A DNA stretch of 64,000 nt from Paraspadella gotoi (lineage: Eukaryota > Animalia > Chaetognatha), in the NCBI GenBank assembly GCA_051294375.1, contig CM119266.1:24940659-25004658 (forward strand), given 5' to 3'. Both the position numbers and the translations under genes were made by a program. Every line of letters begins with the position of its first letter. Position 1 is the stretch's first letter. Below the pieces are notes generated by a model. It ran no database searches, was not told the DNA's origin, and saw only the letters and a program-made list of their open reading frames with translations. Shown here piece by piece: positions 1 through 13,622 of this stretch.

Positions 1-1181
1 ACTGAATAGTGAATAACTATATGAACGGATGCTCTTATCCATATATTTGACCCTTGTCTAGTTTGTAATCAACTGGTAAAAATTATAATTGCTGTTTTTT
101 TATATATCAATATTTAATAATAAATGTATTTATTATGAAAATGTAGAAGACGAAAATACGAGAAAATAAAGGTAGGAAAAAAGGTGAGGGATTGTGACGA
201 TGTAAGAGAAGTAGAAAAGAAGTGAGACGAGCTCTCTCCTGATTCACTTTTATCATCGCCCGGACCAACTTGACCTTACAATCTCCTCGGCCCTATTGAT
301 TTGTCAGGTCAATCTAAGGTCATTGCCAATGCTAGGGCAAAGTGACCGTGTGGATTGACCGGTTCGGAGAAGGAGGAGAGAGGAGAGGAGAGAGAGAGAC
401 CGGTAGTAAGTCGCCTCAAAAATAACTTATAAATCAAGCCCCTTTATTTTTATTGCTAAACATTTAACTAATGATACAACAAAAATAGCATACAATTGTT
501 CTTTTCTCGGACTAAGCTCTGACGAAAAAAGCCAGAGGTTTTTTTAATATTTTCTTTTACCGGCCAATGTAGAATGATGGCAATATTGCTATTGTTAAGT
601 TTCAAAAAAATCCGATCATAAATATAGAAAATATTAACCAAAATCTTCGGAAAATCCACCCCTTCTTTGGAAGATTTTCGCCATAGAAGAATTTTCCCGA
701 ATCTGACTCCCGGTTAAAAAATTTCACCAAAATGAACTAATCATTACCATGATCGTTTCATATTAAAATAACTAAATAAAATGTAAAGAAAAATTTTGAG
801 AGCCCTTCAGACATATGGCTATCGGATTCCTGAATTCAAAGTTTATTGTAAAATCACAACATGCCTTAAATGCGTTTATATTGTAATGAAGTTGAGAAAT
901 CCCTTTATTTTATATAGAAAAATTGAGATGAAAATTTTTTCCTGAGCAGACCAGTCAATTTAAATCTGATGGTTAGATGTCAAAATGATAGTTAATCATA
1001 AAGAGAAAAAAATGCGAGCCCTTCAGATGCAAAGGATCTGAATCGAGTCTTTTTACATCAATGTTTTATCGGAACTTTTCCCAGGACCGTTTATATTGTT
1101 TTGTAGTCAGATTTGAACGAAAATCTCCATTGAAAAAATCTTCCTCGATCTCTAAAACGAAGTCGACTCCTATCTTTACAG

Positions 1182-2819
1182 GTCTAAATAATATTGCCGC
1201 ATCTGCATATTTAAACAGTCAAACATTAGTCAATGTCAGTAATTCAGCATTGATGTTAGATGCTTCTTTGATTGATATTTCAAGCAATGTATCAGGAATC
1301 TCCTACACAGCTTTTGCAAGTAAGCATAAAATAAAAATTATTAATAATAATATTGAATTTTTTAAAATTATAATAATACTTAAAACTAAATAATTATGCC
1401 AAGGGATGCTCTCATCCTTATATTTAACATTTTTATATTGTATACTTGTGTAATCACCTGGTAAAAATTACAATTTCATTACAGGTCTCAATAATATCTC
1501 AGCATCTGCATATTCTAACAGTCAAACGTTAGTCAATGTCCTTAATTCAGCAATAGTTTTAGACGCTTCTTTGATTGATATTTCAAGCAATATATCAGGA
1601 ATCTCCTCCACAGCTTTTGCAAGTGAGCATAAAATAAAAATAAAAATTATTACATATCATGCATTGTTCAGTAGAGTAGAGCACTTGAGAACAAAAATTT
1701 GATTTGTGTCGATTAACAATAATAATTTTATGCGAGATATTATGATTATTGAATACAAAAGGATTTTGTTAATATTGTTTCGGGAATAGAAAAGAAAATA
1801 CAATATATTTATTGTATTATCCTTAGAGAAAGGAAAGAATTTTGAATTTGTAACAACTATTTTTAATTAATAGTTGGACATGTTTCGGCTTGTTTACTTG
1901 TTTACAAATTCAAAATTCTTTGCTATCTCTAATATCAATAAACAATGAAAAAGAAAGGATTATCGCATCATGTATTACCCTTATAAAATAAGTAATTTTC
2001 AAAATATTTTTAAAAAAAATTTTTATTAAAGATTTAGATTTCTTATAAAAAATTAGACCAAAAATATAAAACGTTCTCACAAATTAGCAATTAGAAATTA
2101 GTGTCAAAATTTAAAAAAATGTTAAAATTCTCAACTATTTAACTCTCTGTAGTAAAAATTATTATATGATAAACCATTTTTATCGTTTTTCGCAGCTTTA
2201 CCTCTAAAATATCATATAACATATATCATAAAACATTTTATAAAAGTTTTGTATTTTTTTCTGACAAATCCGAATCTGTTATTAAAATTCTATAAAGAAA
2301 ATATAATATGCCAAAAATTCTTTTTAAAAGGCATGTTTTTTAATTATATATACGGAGGCACAAAAAACATATTATTAAATCGCTTAATCTTTTCATCACT
2401 CCACCCTATTGTACAGTAAAGCAATAAGTAATTGATAATAGTTTTTATTAAATATAAATAATAATTTTAAATATTTTTATGTAATATTATTTTTTTTCAA
2501 TTATAATAATACTTGGAACTAAATAATTATACCATGTGATGCTCTCATCCTTATATTTAATACTTGTATATTGTATAGTTGTGTAATCACCTGGAAAAAT
2601 TTATGTTTGCAATTTTTAATATATAAATATTAGGCATAGCGAATTTCCTTTCTTTTCGTTGTGTTTGGATTAGTAGAAATAAGTTTGAGTTTATTTGCAA
2701 CAACTATTTTATTAGTACATAAGGACGTACATGTTTCGGCTTTAGTCACAAGCCTTCTTCAGCGTCATAGAAAAATTGTTTTGTAAACTTTTACAAATTA
2801 TTTGTGCAAAGGAAAAGTA

Positions 2820-2850
<31 letters not shown>

Positions 2851-5800
2851 CAGGGCAAAGTTTCCAACACAGAGTTGAGAAAAAAAGAATAGTGGTCAGA
2901 TGTAAGGACAGGTCAAGGTGAAGACAGATTGAGTTAGACTGTGAAAAGAAATTAAGTGGTGAAAAATTTTGAGAGAGAGCCGAAACATGTACGTCCTTAT
3001 GTACTAATAAAATCGTTGTTGCAAATAAACTCAAACTTATTTCTACTATATAAATATTTAAATGTATTATAAAAATGATTTTTTAATTGAACTTTTTTAA
3101 TTTTATTGCTAAAAAGTTACCCAAAAATACCATACAATTGTTCATTACAGGTCTAAATAATATCTCAGCATCTGCATATTCAAACAGTCATACATTAGGG
3201 AATGTCATTAATTCAGCATTGGTATTAGATGCATCTATGATTGATATTTCAAGCAATGTATCAGGAATCTCCTCCACAGCTTTTGCAAGTGAGTTTAAAA
3301 TAAAAATAAAAATTATTACATATCTTATAATCTAAAGAAAGACAATAAGTAATTAATATAAATTATTTTCTTAAAAAAATATTAAATTTATAAATATTTT
3401 TTTCATATTCTGAAGCAGGAATTATGTTTATTTCATTTGATAAGCAACTCCATAAGTCAGTCAATCTGTCTTTTGGCATGTCGGCTAGAGCGTTGAAAAA
3501 TAACAAAATATAACAAATCAAGTGAGGTACATAGCTAATTTAGTGTAATGTAGTCTGTAGAATCCGATGGTGATGACCATTTTTTTGTATAATTTTATCT
3601 TTCTTGTCGGAAATGACGGTTTATAAAATTGTTATAAAATAGCAAAACCATTATAAGTTATGATAAATCAAATTATTAAAATTTTATAAAATTTATATGA
3701 GCTTTTGAAATATAAAAATAAAGACTTATAAAAATATTTTGGTAAGTTTATTTCTAAATTTTATATTTTATAAAAAGTTAGTTAACTATATTTATTAATA
3801 ATTATGAGTAAAAATTAGGTTAAAGTTAAAAAATAATAATTTTAAAATTGTTTTCATGGATTTGCATTCTTTGCAAAAAGTGGATATAAGAAAATATAAT
3901 TTTTATATCAAAATTATGTCATTAAAATGGTCAAAATTCAGAAAAACTATAATTTTAAGCCAAAATTTGACAAATTAAACAAAAATAATAGTTTTTCATA
4001 TTTTTAACCTACTTAATGAAAGAATTTTTTTAAATGGATTATACTTTCTTAGATCAACTTTTTATAAGGAATTCAAATCCGGTTTTAAAATTTAAATTTT
4101 TTTATTTTTTTACTTCAGCTTATTTTTTATTATTATTTATTAATAAATATAGCTAACAAACTATTAATAAAATATAAAATTTGTAAATAAACTTACCAAA
4201 ATATTTATATGGATTTTTATTTTATTATTTTTTGTCTTCTACAATATTATGTAAGTTAAATATGGCTTTTATAAAATTTTAATAATTTGAGTTTCTTAGA
4301 CTCTACAATGTTTGCTCCATTTTAATAGCACCTTATATGCTGCAAAAATCGCCATTTCCGACAAAGAAGATGAGACTATACAAAAAAATGGTTATCATCA
4401 TCGAATTCTACAGACTTTATTACACTAAAATTGCTATGTACCTTACTTGATTTGTTATATTTTGTTATTTTTCAACGACCTTCTTACTTTTACTGCATTT
4501 TAAATACTCATAATTCTTAGTTAATACTTGTCAGATGATTTTATACATTAGGAAGCAGTTATCTTTTTAATTTTTTTTTAATTTAAAACATGACATTTAG
4601 AATTTTAATATGTAACTTTCACTACGCTCTATTAACTAGTCTAGCAGTCCAAAAGTCTGCCTCAACAACCTATTATTTTCTATTTTTTTAAAATTTCAAA
4701 TAACTTTTTTTAAGGTATTGATATACTGCTTGCTTCAGCTTCAGCAAACAACCTTAGTATAGGGGAGTGCAAAGCTTCGATAACTTCATTAGAGAACTTC
4801 ACCCAGACAGCTGCGCCATGCTTAACTGCCTTAAAAACTTCTGTCAGCACACTTTCCAGAAGTGTTTCTGTTTTATCTTCGACTATATCAGCAGGTAAAT
4901 AAATTCTTTGAATTACATAATTTTATGGTAAGAAAGTACACTAATGTGCAAAAAAAACGCGCCACTTTATAACAAAAAATTTCAAACAAATTATATAAAA
5001 AAATAAATTTAAAAAAAAAATTAATATATATCAATTTTATTTTTCAAAACTTAAAAAAAAATGGAATTTTATTTAAAAGCTTCAGAATTATTAACCTGTC
5101 ATCATTATATTTTATTAATAACCTTAAAATTTAGAAAACTGGGTCAATACAGTTATCCAGTTATCCCTCCGGATAGCCAGTGTTTTTTTTTAAGCCATTA
5201 TAAAAATTAAAAAATATCAGGAAAAAAAGATTAGTCTTAAAGTAATCAGATTTTTTTATATTCAACTTTACACTACATTTTTAAAAATCACTGCTCCTAA
5301 ATAAATAGCCCAATTTTTATAATATTTTTTTTATTAAAATTTTATTTATTTTTAAATTTTTTTGAAAAACCTAAGTATATAAGGTAATTTTCAAAGTCTA
5401 ATATAAAATGGCGCGTTTTTTTTTGGACATGACTGTATATCTTTCTTTACTCAGTATAGTACCCTAAAAAAATTAAAAAAAATAAATATTGATTAATCTT
5501 GATTATCTAAACATTGATATAAGAAGATAAAATAAAGAATTAAATTGAAAAAAAAGCTAACAATATACATACTTTTTATAATAATTTTTTAAAAGAAATT
5601 ATCCAGTATATTTTGGAACGGTTGTTTATTTTTAGTCTAAAAAAGAATGCTGTAGAATACTAATAAGCAGTTATGAAAAAGAGTTAGGAGGCATTATTGT
5701 CTTAAATTAAAATATCGTAACAAGCAACAAAAAAATGTTGTCATATTGTCCAAGAAAGCAATATTTAAATAGACGGTATCGGCCGTGTAAGTTGAAAATG

Positions 5801-7155
5801 TGTGGTTGGTTAGATTTGTTGCTGCATACCGAAACTTGATGTCCTAATTCTTGTAAATGTTGTAAAAGTCTTTGTGATTACGTCCACAAATCATATGTAA
5901 AATTATTCAATATCGGTTGCTAACATGCTACGTTAAAATTCTAAGGTCTTTTCAAAATCTGGCTACAGTAAAACTATCTTTTATTTGATATTCTTCAAAT
6001 TGTATGATATCAAGGGGCTAATCAAGATAAAATAAGGAAGAAGAAAAGAATCTGAGAGAGCCCCAATTTCGATAAACTAGCGTCTTTAGTACGCATGAAC
6101 TAAAGTTTTTCAACATGATGGATATGACTCTGGCCAATTAAGCGTATATTTTCAATGATAATTTTTACGGAACCATTCTCTAATATAGATAGAAAAATAT
6201 TATTTAGAAAATGAAAAACTATCTACATTAGTTGAATCAGACAGTCAAAGTATATTAGAGCTAACCAAAACCGATTCTTCATTGAATCAAATCATCAAAT
6301 CATCATACTGTGGAAGGCAATTCGCCGATCCACTTGCCAGTCGTTTTGTCCGAAGATATTGATATGAAATATCTCTCTCTCTCTCTCTCTCCCTCCCTCC
6401 CTCTCGTTTAAACTGAGGTCATTGTTGACTTTATTGCCAATATTTTCTGTAAAATAGACTCTTGAACATCGTAAATTTTGTCCCTGCTTTATCTCTCAAA
6501 ATAATTCTTCCGATGCGAGAGGCCCTCCCTATACGAAGAGACAACCGTTCAAGATGTCCGAAATTTAAGGCCCAGCTTACGTCTCACGAACCGAATTCTT
6601 AACAATGGTCTTTTTCTCCATATCAAACCACGCTTCCTCGCGACCTAAATGGGTAAAAAGAAAAAAGACTCGACCTCAAAGAAAGTCAATCCATCCTCCC
6701 TCAACATTGCGCCCGTCAACCCTTCTCCAGCAAAGGAGAAATTAGGATGTTTAACTTCAATCCGAAACAGAACAAACGACTAGACGAACTTAAACAACTT
6801 CGCATAAAACAACTACAATAACTAAAACAACAATTACAACAACTAAAACAACTACAACAACACCTACACCAACTTTTACATCAACGATTAGAAAATATGA
6901 ATGTTTCAACACAAACATCAATGATGATGGATGTAGAAACCATGAATTCCCTCGGATCCGCCCACTACATTCCTCCTCACGGCCGCCCTTCCTAACTCAA
7001 ATTCCCACGCACTTCCTGGCGTCATGATGTTTCTCCTCTTCCGATTCCGCGACTCATGGACTTCTTCCGGTGGCGTGTCTTGTGGGGGATGTGTGGAAGA
7101 TAATTCGCCGATCTACTGGCTAGTCGTTTTAGCCGAAGATATTGATATTGATATG

Positions 7156-7206
<51 letters not shown>

Positions 7207-8371
7207 CGGTTTTGTTATCTCTCTCTCGTATATAAACTGAAGTGATTGTTTACTTTATTGCCAATATTTTAAGATACACTTTTGAACATCGTGAATTTTG
7301 TCCCTGTTTTATCTCTCAAAATAAAACTATGTCTCTTCAATACCAAGCATGTTGACTTCAGTATGATCACTTTCAAGTAGTGTTTCATCACTTTCTACTG
7401 GTAAGAAATTCATAAATTCTAAAACGCTGTTATGAGAATATTAATTACTGCGCCATTTTGGTTGTTTTTAGATGTTAGTTATATAATATTATATATTTAT
7501 TACCTGAAATTTGTTTTTCCAATTAATATTTTTACTATCTTCAATAAAGTTTTAATAAAAAATGTAATTTTTCTAATAAAAAATCATTAAGAATATTCTA
7601 CTCCAAAAATACCTCGTATCATTAAAATACTTATATAAACTATTATTTAGATAATTATCTGATACTTTTTATGATAAAAAAATTTAAGTACGCATTCGAA
7701 TTTGGACCCAGTGTATACCGTATAATACGGCTATGAAGAAGAAAAAGTGGGTCACAGATAAATAATTTATTTTTCAAATAAATTCTTCAAAAATAAAACT
7801 CTTTTCTCCTGTGCATAGAAAATGGAAAACTGACTAAATTAGTGGCATCAAACAGTCAAAGTGTGTCAGAGTTAAGCAAAACCGTCTTTTCACTGGATCA
7901 AACCATCATACCCAGCATACAAACTTCAGTCAAATCACTATCAAAAAGCGTTTCAGCAGTGTCTACTGGTAAGTTTAATTCATCCATATCTTGTTTCTTA
8001 GAAATATAGTTTATTGATAAAAGAAGCTGATGCAAAAGTTGAACGTCTTTGTCAACTAATACTATTGATCGCACCTTTTCTCAGCCAACCGCTGCGTGAT
8101 GGGAAGCGTCACATGCAACAACTGTATGGTTCAAAATGGTAGCCACACCTTTAGCGTCCAATACGGCTACAACTTTACTAGCTTGCCCGATGTGAAGACC
8201 GCGATAGCCACGTTTGTTCGTGATCGAACGAGCGGCGGCGGAGGGGGAACGTATTGGGGGGGCGGGTCATCCGTCTCTGGAGTAGAATTGAGCGGATTCG
8301 AGCTTACCGTCCGATCAATCACTACGCTTATCAATCCGTTGGATATTACTTGGATAGCGTGCGGAACCTAA
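1182..8371 (+). CDS. Secreted-type stalk + H-type-lectin-like protein, 5'-incomplete. Exons 1182-1319, 1485-1622, 3151-3288, 4715-4894, 7819-7968, 8085-8371
   Basis: All internal exons are AG/GT-bounded, phase 1-1 and in frame (138, 138, 138, 180, 150 bp). The three 138-bp exons are near-identical (GLNNISASAYSNSQTLVNV.NSA..LDASLIDISSNVSGISSTAFA) with heptad-like I/L/V spacing and N-glycosylation sequons. The last exon (FSVQYGYNFTSLPDVKTAI...VELSGFELTV...LDITWIACGT*) resembles the H-type lectin beta-sandwich pattern F..PxV...GF......WIA. Bases 1-95 match the intron sequence that follows each 138-bp exon, so more repeats probably lie upstream. Confidence 0.7.
2671..3048. mobile_element. Penelope-like pLTR remnant with ~70-bp inverted repeats
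   Basis: 2671-2741 and 2978-3048 are near-perfect reverse complements (TAGTAGAAATAAGTTTGAG...ACATGTTTCGGCT), and the left arm runs into a hammerhead core. Related ACATGTTTCG stubs lie at ~1826-1930 and ~56300-56378. Confidence 0.6.
2724..2766 (-). ncRNA. Minimal type I hammerhead ribozyme (Penelope-like element type)
   Basis: The minus strand reads GACG-CUGAAGA-A-GGCU-UGUGACUAA-AGCC-GAAAC-AU-GUA-CGUC. This gives a complete core (CUGANGA, GAAA, GUA triplet), stem I GACG/CGUC, stem II GGCU/AGCC and a palindromic mini stem III ACAUGU. Confidence 0.8.
3491..4477. mobile_element. Foldback/MITE-like non-autonomous DNA element
   Basis: Imperfect terminal inverted repeats >100 bp (CGTTGAAAAATAACAAAATATAACAAATCAAGT... 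/ ...ACTTGATTTGTTATATTTTGTTATTTTTCAACG) around an AT-rich interior. Confidence 0.7.
4939..5435. mobile_element. Tc1/mariner-like MITE
   Basis: TA|CACTAATGTGCAAAAAAAACGCGCCACTTTATA ... TATAAAATGGCGCGTTTTTTTTTGGACATGACTG|TA: imperfect TIRs with a TA target duplication. Confidence 0.65.
6208..7400 (+). pseudogene. Dead paralogous stalk exon split by an LTR-element insertion
   Basis: 6208-6308 plus 7344-7400 align to intact exon 7819-7968 (ENEKLSTLVESDSQSILELTKT vs ENGKLTKLVASNSQSVSELSKT; both end TCTACTG|GTAAG). It carries an 8-bp duplication (AAATCATC x2) and an in-frame TGA. Confidence 0.75.
6309..7339 (+). mobile_element. Miniature non-autonomous LTR retroelement (TRIM-like)
   Basis: TG...CA ends, 4-bp TSD ATAC (6305-6308/7340-7343), diverged direct repeats ~6309-6505 and 7092-7339 each with a (CT)n tract, a G-rich PPT-like TTGTGGGGGATG before the 3' repeat, and no pol ORF. 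Confidence 0.8.
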
Positions 8372-9115
8372 CCTAAATATCGATTCTAAAAACTTTGAAA
8401 TTTTTAATTTTGTCGGTCAGAAGTAAAAAATATTTACTCGAAGCTTTATTCTTAGAACTTTTTAATTTTAAAAAGAAAAATCAAACTGATACTTCGAAAA
8501 ACTTTCGTGAAAAATACTCATACTACGACTTCACTGCATCCGTTGATGGTATATTGGTATAATCCTGGATTTTTTTTTGACGGTAGAATTTTTAAACTGA
8601 TATTCCGAGACCTCTGTCTAAAAAATATGTTGGTAAAATTTTTTTTCTAAGAGCATACCCGCAGAGTCGTATACTTATGTAATACAAGGACAAGGAAAAA
8701 AAGAAGTAAATTATCACAGGGCGAGTCAATTAATATAAAGCGTTCTCCCGACAAATGAATTTTTTTTCGTAAATATGCCAGTTAACAATTTTATTAGAAC
8801 ATCCTAAATATTATGGATAACAATTAAAATATGTAGTTTTTAAAATTTAGTGTAGTGTATCCTACGGTACTGTACGGTACTGAATGTATACAAGTACTGC
8901 TATTTGCAACATTTTATTTCAAATCTACTTCTACTATCTGGCAATTATCAGGGTATAGACTTGCTTTGTAACATGCAATGTATTTGTTTCTTGTTGACAT
9001 CTTTCTACCTCCAGACTTAATCTAAATATATTTCAAGTCAAGGTAACAACGATACGTAACGAATATTAACCAAATATATAAGAGTTAACTGTACATGATT
9101 CACTTTAAAAAAACA

Positions 9116-12100
9116 TTAATGTGGCATATGAGCGTGATTATGATTCATGGAATCTTTTGTGTTTAAATGATCCCAGTTTAGCTTCCGGGCGATGAAGTAA
9201 GACCCTAAAACATTAAAATACAAAAGTTAACACTTAGGTATAGGTAAAATAACATTTTTTTTTAATTATCACTTCGACATTTCCAAAAAGGTTCGCACAA
9301 ATTACTAATTATTAATATTATTATTTATTACTACATATTATTCTTACAAATTACAAAAAATGATCTTAAACTAAGAAAAAAAATGTTCATTTATTTTCTA
9401 GTAATCGAGTTATCGCAGCAAGATTCATAGTAAAATTTACCTGCATATACAAGCGATGAGGCATAAACAAATATAGCACATCCAAGATGAACAATCAAAT
9501 GATATTTCGGCATATCATAATAATAACAATTCTGTTTAGTTCCGCATGATTCCTAAATTGTAAACAACGATTAACCTAAATATTTTTTTACAAATGAAAT
9601 CATTCAAACTCAAAGGTCTCATCCACTACTCCGCGATTCTCAGTATCATATCAGTTGCGTGAATCAGTCTCTCTTGCTTGGTGTCGTAATATAAAATCAT
9701 GATAGTATTCAAATTACATTATTGACCTGGTTTCGTCAATAGTACCAAAAAAAATAAAAAACAATTACCTTCCAAATCCGGCACGAGGTATCTATGAGAG
9801 CACCGTAGGCCATAGAGGAGCCAACCATGGCTAAGAGGCTTCGTGACAGAGATTCGATGCCGATAGAGAGTGGCTTCTGCTCTGGACGGAGAGCGCGGAA
9901 TTTGATGAGGAACCCGCTCATGGAATTTGCGTGGGCGATGAAGAACCAGAGAAAGAGGAAGAAGATGTACACATATCTGAAGAAGGGAGAGAGAGGCCAA
10001 TTAATACAATCTCGACATCATAATTTAAGATGTACAGAGAAAATGTCCAAAAAAAAAATAAATAAATAGGCCGTAGACTCACCCCATGGTGCAGGGCTTG
10101 GATGGACACAACCCTTGAGAAGCGGTACCAGAACCGGTCGTCACACAAGCACAGTCGGTGAAGACAAATTCACGAGGGTCGGATAAGTTTGAGGCTTTTC
10201 TAGTACAACCGGCGTGGCACGGGCTTAGATAAGGAGCAGAAAACCCGGATTGATTAAAAACCCTATAAAACTATCTGACTAAAATCTGGATTTTCATAAT
10301 GATGATAATCCGTAACAACGTCATTAAATCATTTTTGATGAAAACAACTTTAAAACCAAGTAAGCATTTTGATGCACTGAGAAATTTGGTTAGTTCGTAT
10401 TCGTATACCTTGGCAACGGGGTAAAACCACTACACTTGTAGGTGTTATTATATTAATCAATCATTAGAAATTAAATGTTGCTGTCCTTGCACATCACTAT
10501 TTTTGACGCTTATAATGTTTAGTTTAGTATGTTTACTGAAGATTACTAAACATTGTTTAGTTTTCATGAGTTGGAGTCAGAAAGAATTATTGCAAAAAAG
10601 AGTAAAACACAAATATTTAGCGCATAATTGGCCAACTTGGTTTAAGATCTCCTTTTGTCCATTTTGAATTTCAAGACTGATTCTGGTCTTTTCTTTCTGA
10701 AATACTCGAATACTTCCCTGGCAACGGGGTCGAAATTAGGAGTGTCACTGGTGCACTGGTGCACACATCTGGAGCATGTTATTGGACTTAGTTCTTTTTG
10801 AACTTTTGTTTTCCATTGGTTTTCTGGTTGAGTAAAATCTATTGTTGTTTTCCAAAATTGGAGAAAAAGGTTTTATTCCTTTTGTCTATTCCTTCTTTTT
10901 TCCTTACCTGAAATAGTTTTTCATATCTTCTCCGCAAACAGGGTAGAAGGCCTCTTGATCACAACCGCAACCGGCATTGCAAGAGGTTGTAAGATTCTTC
11001 AGTCCGTTCTCTTCTGTGGTGGGACCCTCGATGTACGCCTATGATGAAAATGTTATGGGCATTATATTTGTGGTCTTTTATTTTAAACTTGTAATTCTTC
11101 TAAGAAAGTAAATCTATTATGAAAGTAATGGATCTTTACAAACACGAAGATTTAGACTTAGTGTTTGTTTAAAGGAAAACAAAAAATAAAGCAAAAAAAG
11201 TAAAAAAAGTAAAATATCAAAACAATTTAGTTGTCACTATATGTGATAGTAAAGTTTTTACAGCCGGTCTGATTATTCGACCAAAACTAACAAAATGATT
11301 TTAAAAAATTTACTCAACCAAGCCAATAATTAACAAAATCAAATTAAACATGCAGTTTCTGCAGTTTTCTCTATACACTTGGAGTCAGCGAATATTTACA
11401 ATTAATATTTGCATCTCCATCAATCATGTCACGATCGAAAACTGTTTCTTAATAAAACTTCTTTCTTTTACAAATTCCAAACAGCCTGCTTCAACTTTCC
11501 CGAAGCCTCCGCCACAGCCTACGTCAAACTCATCCCTCACAAAGACGAGGCGATGACAGCTTTCACCGTCGACTTCACCGCCACCTTGACGTCCTCCAGA
11601 ACGAATCCCTACGTCCTTAGTTACGCCATATCTGCCTCGGACAACAACGTCCTCGGCTTGGCCGTCACAGTAAGTATATTAATAAGCTCGTCTTACGTTA
11701 ATTAATGTATATGAAAGCAAAGACGTCTTAAACATAAAACTCTTTTTGTACTTTACCTTTCAAGGACCACATCATCAACAGTCTGCGTGCAACCGGATTA
11801 GCCGCTTTCACCGCCTTTCTCAACACGCCCACGCGGTACACGTGGGTCTACAACGGAGCCACCCTCAATCTCTACGTCAACGGCACGCAGCACAGAACCG
11901 GCACTCTTGCTAGTCAGACAATAGCAGCCGGTGGAGTCTGGGTGGTGGGTCAGGAGCAAGACTCATTGGAAGGCACGTTCGACGACAACCAACGCTTCGT
12001 CGGCACCATCTGCGATCTGCAGATGTGGGATTCGGCGCTCAGCGACTCTGACCTCCAACTCTTGATGAACGGAAATTATCCCACGAAGGGAAACGTGTTT

Positions 12101-13546
12101 GATTGGCCGCCGACCTACGGGTACGCCGTACTCAACGGGGCTACTTACAGCTAAACTCAGATGTCATAATTCTATTCGTGGTTGATTCGTTTTTAAGCGT
12201 GACATTCTGATTTTAACTTATTCGTTGGCATGCGAAATTCCCTCGAACTCATATTAAATGTATAAAAACATGGTTTGGGTATTATAAGCTTGATTATTTA
12301 TTAAATTTTCTATTGGCTGACACAGAATAAACGTCTGTACTCAATTTATGGTATTTAAAATATATCGCCTCCGAGGAGACTACATTTAGAGGTTTAGCTA
12401 GCCGGGCCGTATCGTAATCACCTCATTGCATGTAAGAAAGAGCATGACGACGAGACATGTAGCGTAAAGGAACTTGACGATGGCTACGTGAATGCCCATC
12501 GCCGGCGGTTTGAGGTTCATTCTACGAACGGTGATGCCTACGAATGTGAGATTTTCTTTTAATTTATCAATTTTTAATAAAAACTGAGCTAGGTAAATGA
12601 GCAAAATTAGTAGAGTGAGCGTCTCGAATTATCATGTTACGAATACTGATTACTGACAGAATTTGTCTCTCTTTTTTTTTTTGTTACGAATATCTGTGTG
12701 TTTGTCGACACGTCTATTTCTTATTCCGAGCCTTGCCGCAAGCCCGTCATCCCTTACCAGAAAAAAGCATGCCGGCGCCACCCGATGTTGCCAGGACGAC
12801 GCCGAGGATAATGTTGGCTTGCCACGAAGGGAAGCGATACTGGAAGGCAGGTTTTTAACCAAAAAATCGTTTTATTTTCATGATCTTGCCTTCGTCTCCC
12901 TTACCTGAACTTCCATTGTTTTTGGCAAAAAGAGAAAGATGCCTCCCCACCCGAAGGAGGTGAGGAGATCCCCGACGAAGCAGCATAACCACAGTTTGTT
13001 GCTGACGACCCTCCAGACGTCGAGCAGGAAATCCTTGAGGTAGAGAAGCGCGTTCTTCAAGGTCTTCGTCAAGGGGCCGCCCGCCTCCGTCGAGGGAGCG
13101 GGTTTTTTCTGATCGAGGGGAATTAGGTGAATGAAGGTGAAGTCGCGCTATGGTAATATATATATATATATTTATATTGGTTGTACCAATTTCATATTAT
13201 CATTATTATTATTATTATTATAATATTCAGAAACAAATAACATTCTCTAATTCTTGTTATCATGTATATCACAGCATCATCACAAATATTATTCATTAAA
13301 AGAAAAAAAAAAGACTCTGATTAGTGACTGAATCATTTCAGGCAGAGTATCGATATCGCAATGAGCGAAAAAAATCAGGCGTTAAATCTGTCAAATCTTT
13401 AAAGCATGGGTCTCAACTGACTCTACAGTGATAGCGGGGGGTTCTTTTGATAAGGTTTAAAATTCGCGAACCTTTAATAAATCAAAGGCGCAATTGCAAA
13501 TCCTGTTCCTGAGGTTCGGGTGACGAATGTTTTTTAATCGCTCTCG

Positions 13547-13622
<76 letters not shown>

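Noticed and set aside
193-420. GC-richer segment starting TGTGACG resembling a solo LTR (also ~21220-21386)
   Set aside because: No matching TSD or second copy found in the window.
8085-8371. Horizontally acquired phage tail-fibre (gp53-like) domain
   Set aside because: The WIA-ending fold is shared with animal H-type lectins, and the exon is spliced in phase with host exons; sequence alone gives no support for HGT.
10330-10900. Possible extra Kazal exon or retroelement ORF1 fragment in an SLCO intron
   Set aside because: Stops interrupt the frames I checked and the flanking SLCO exons join in frame without it; too decayed to call.
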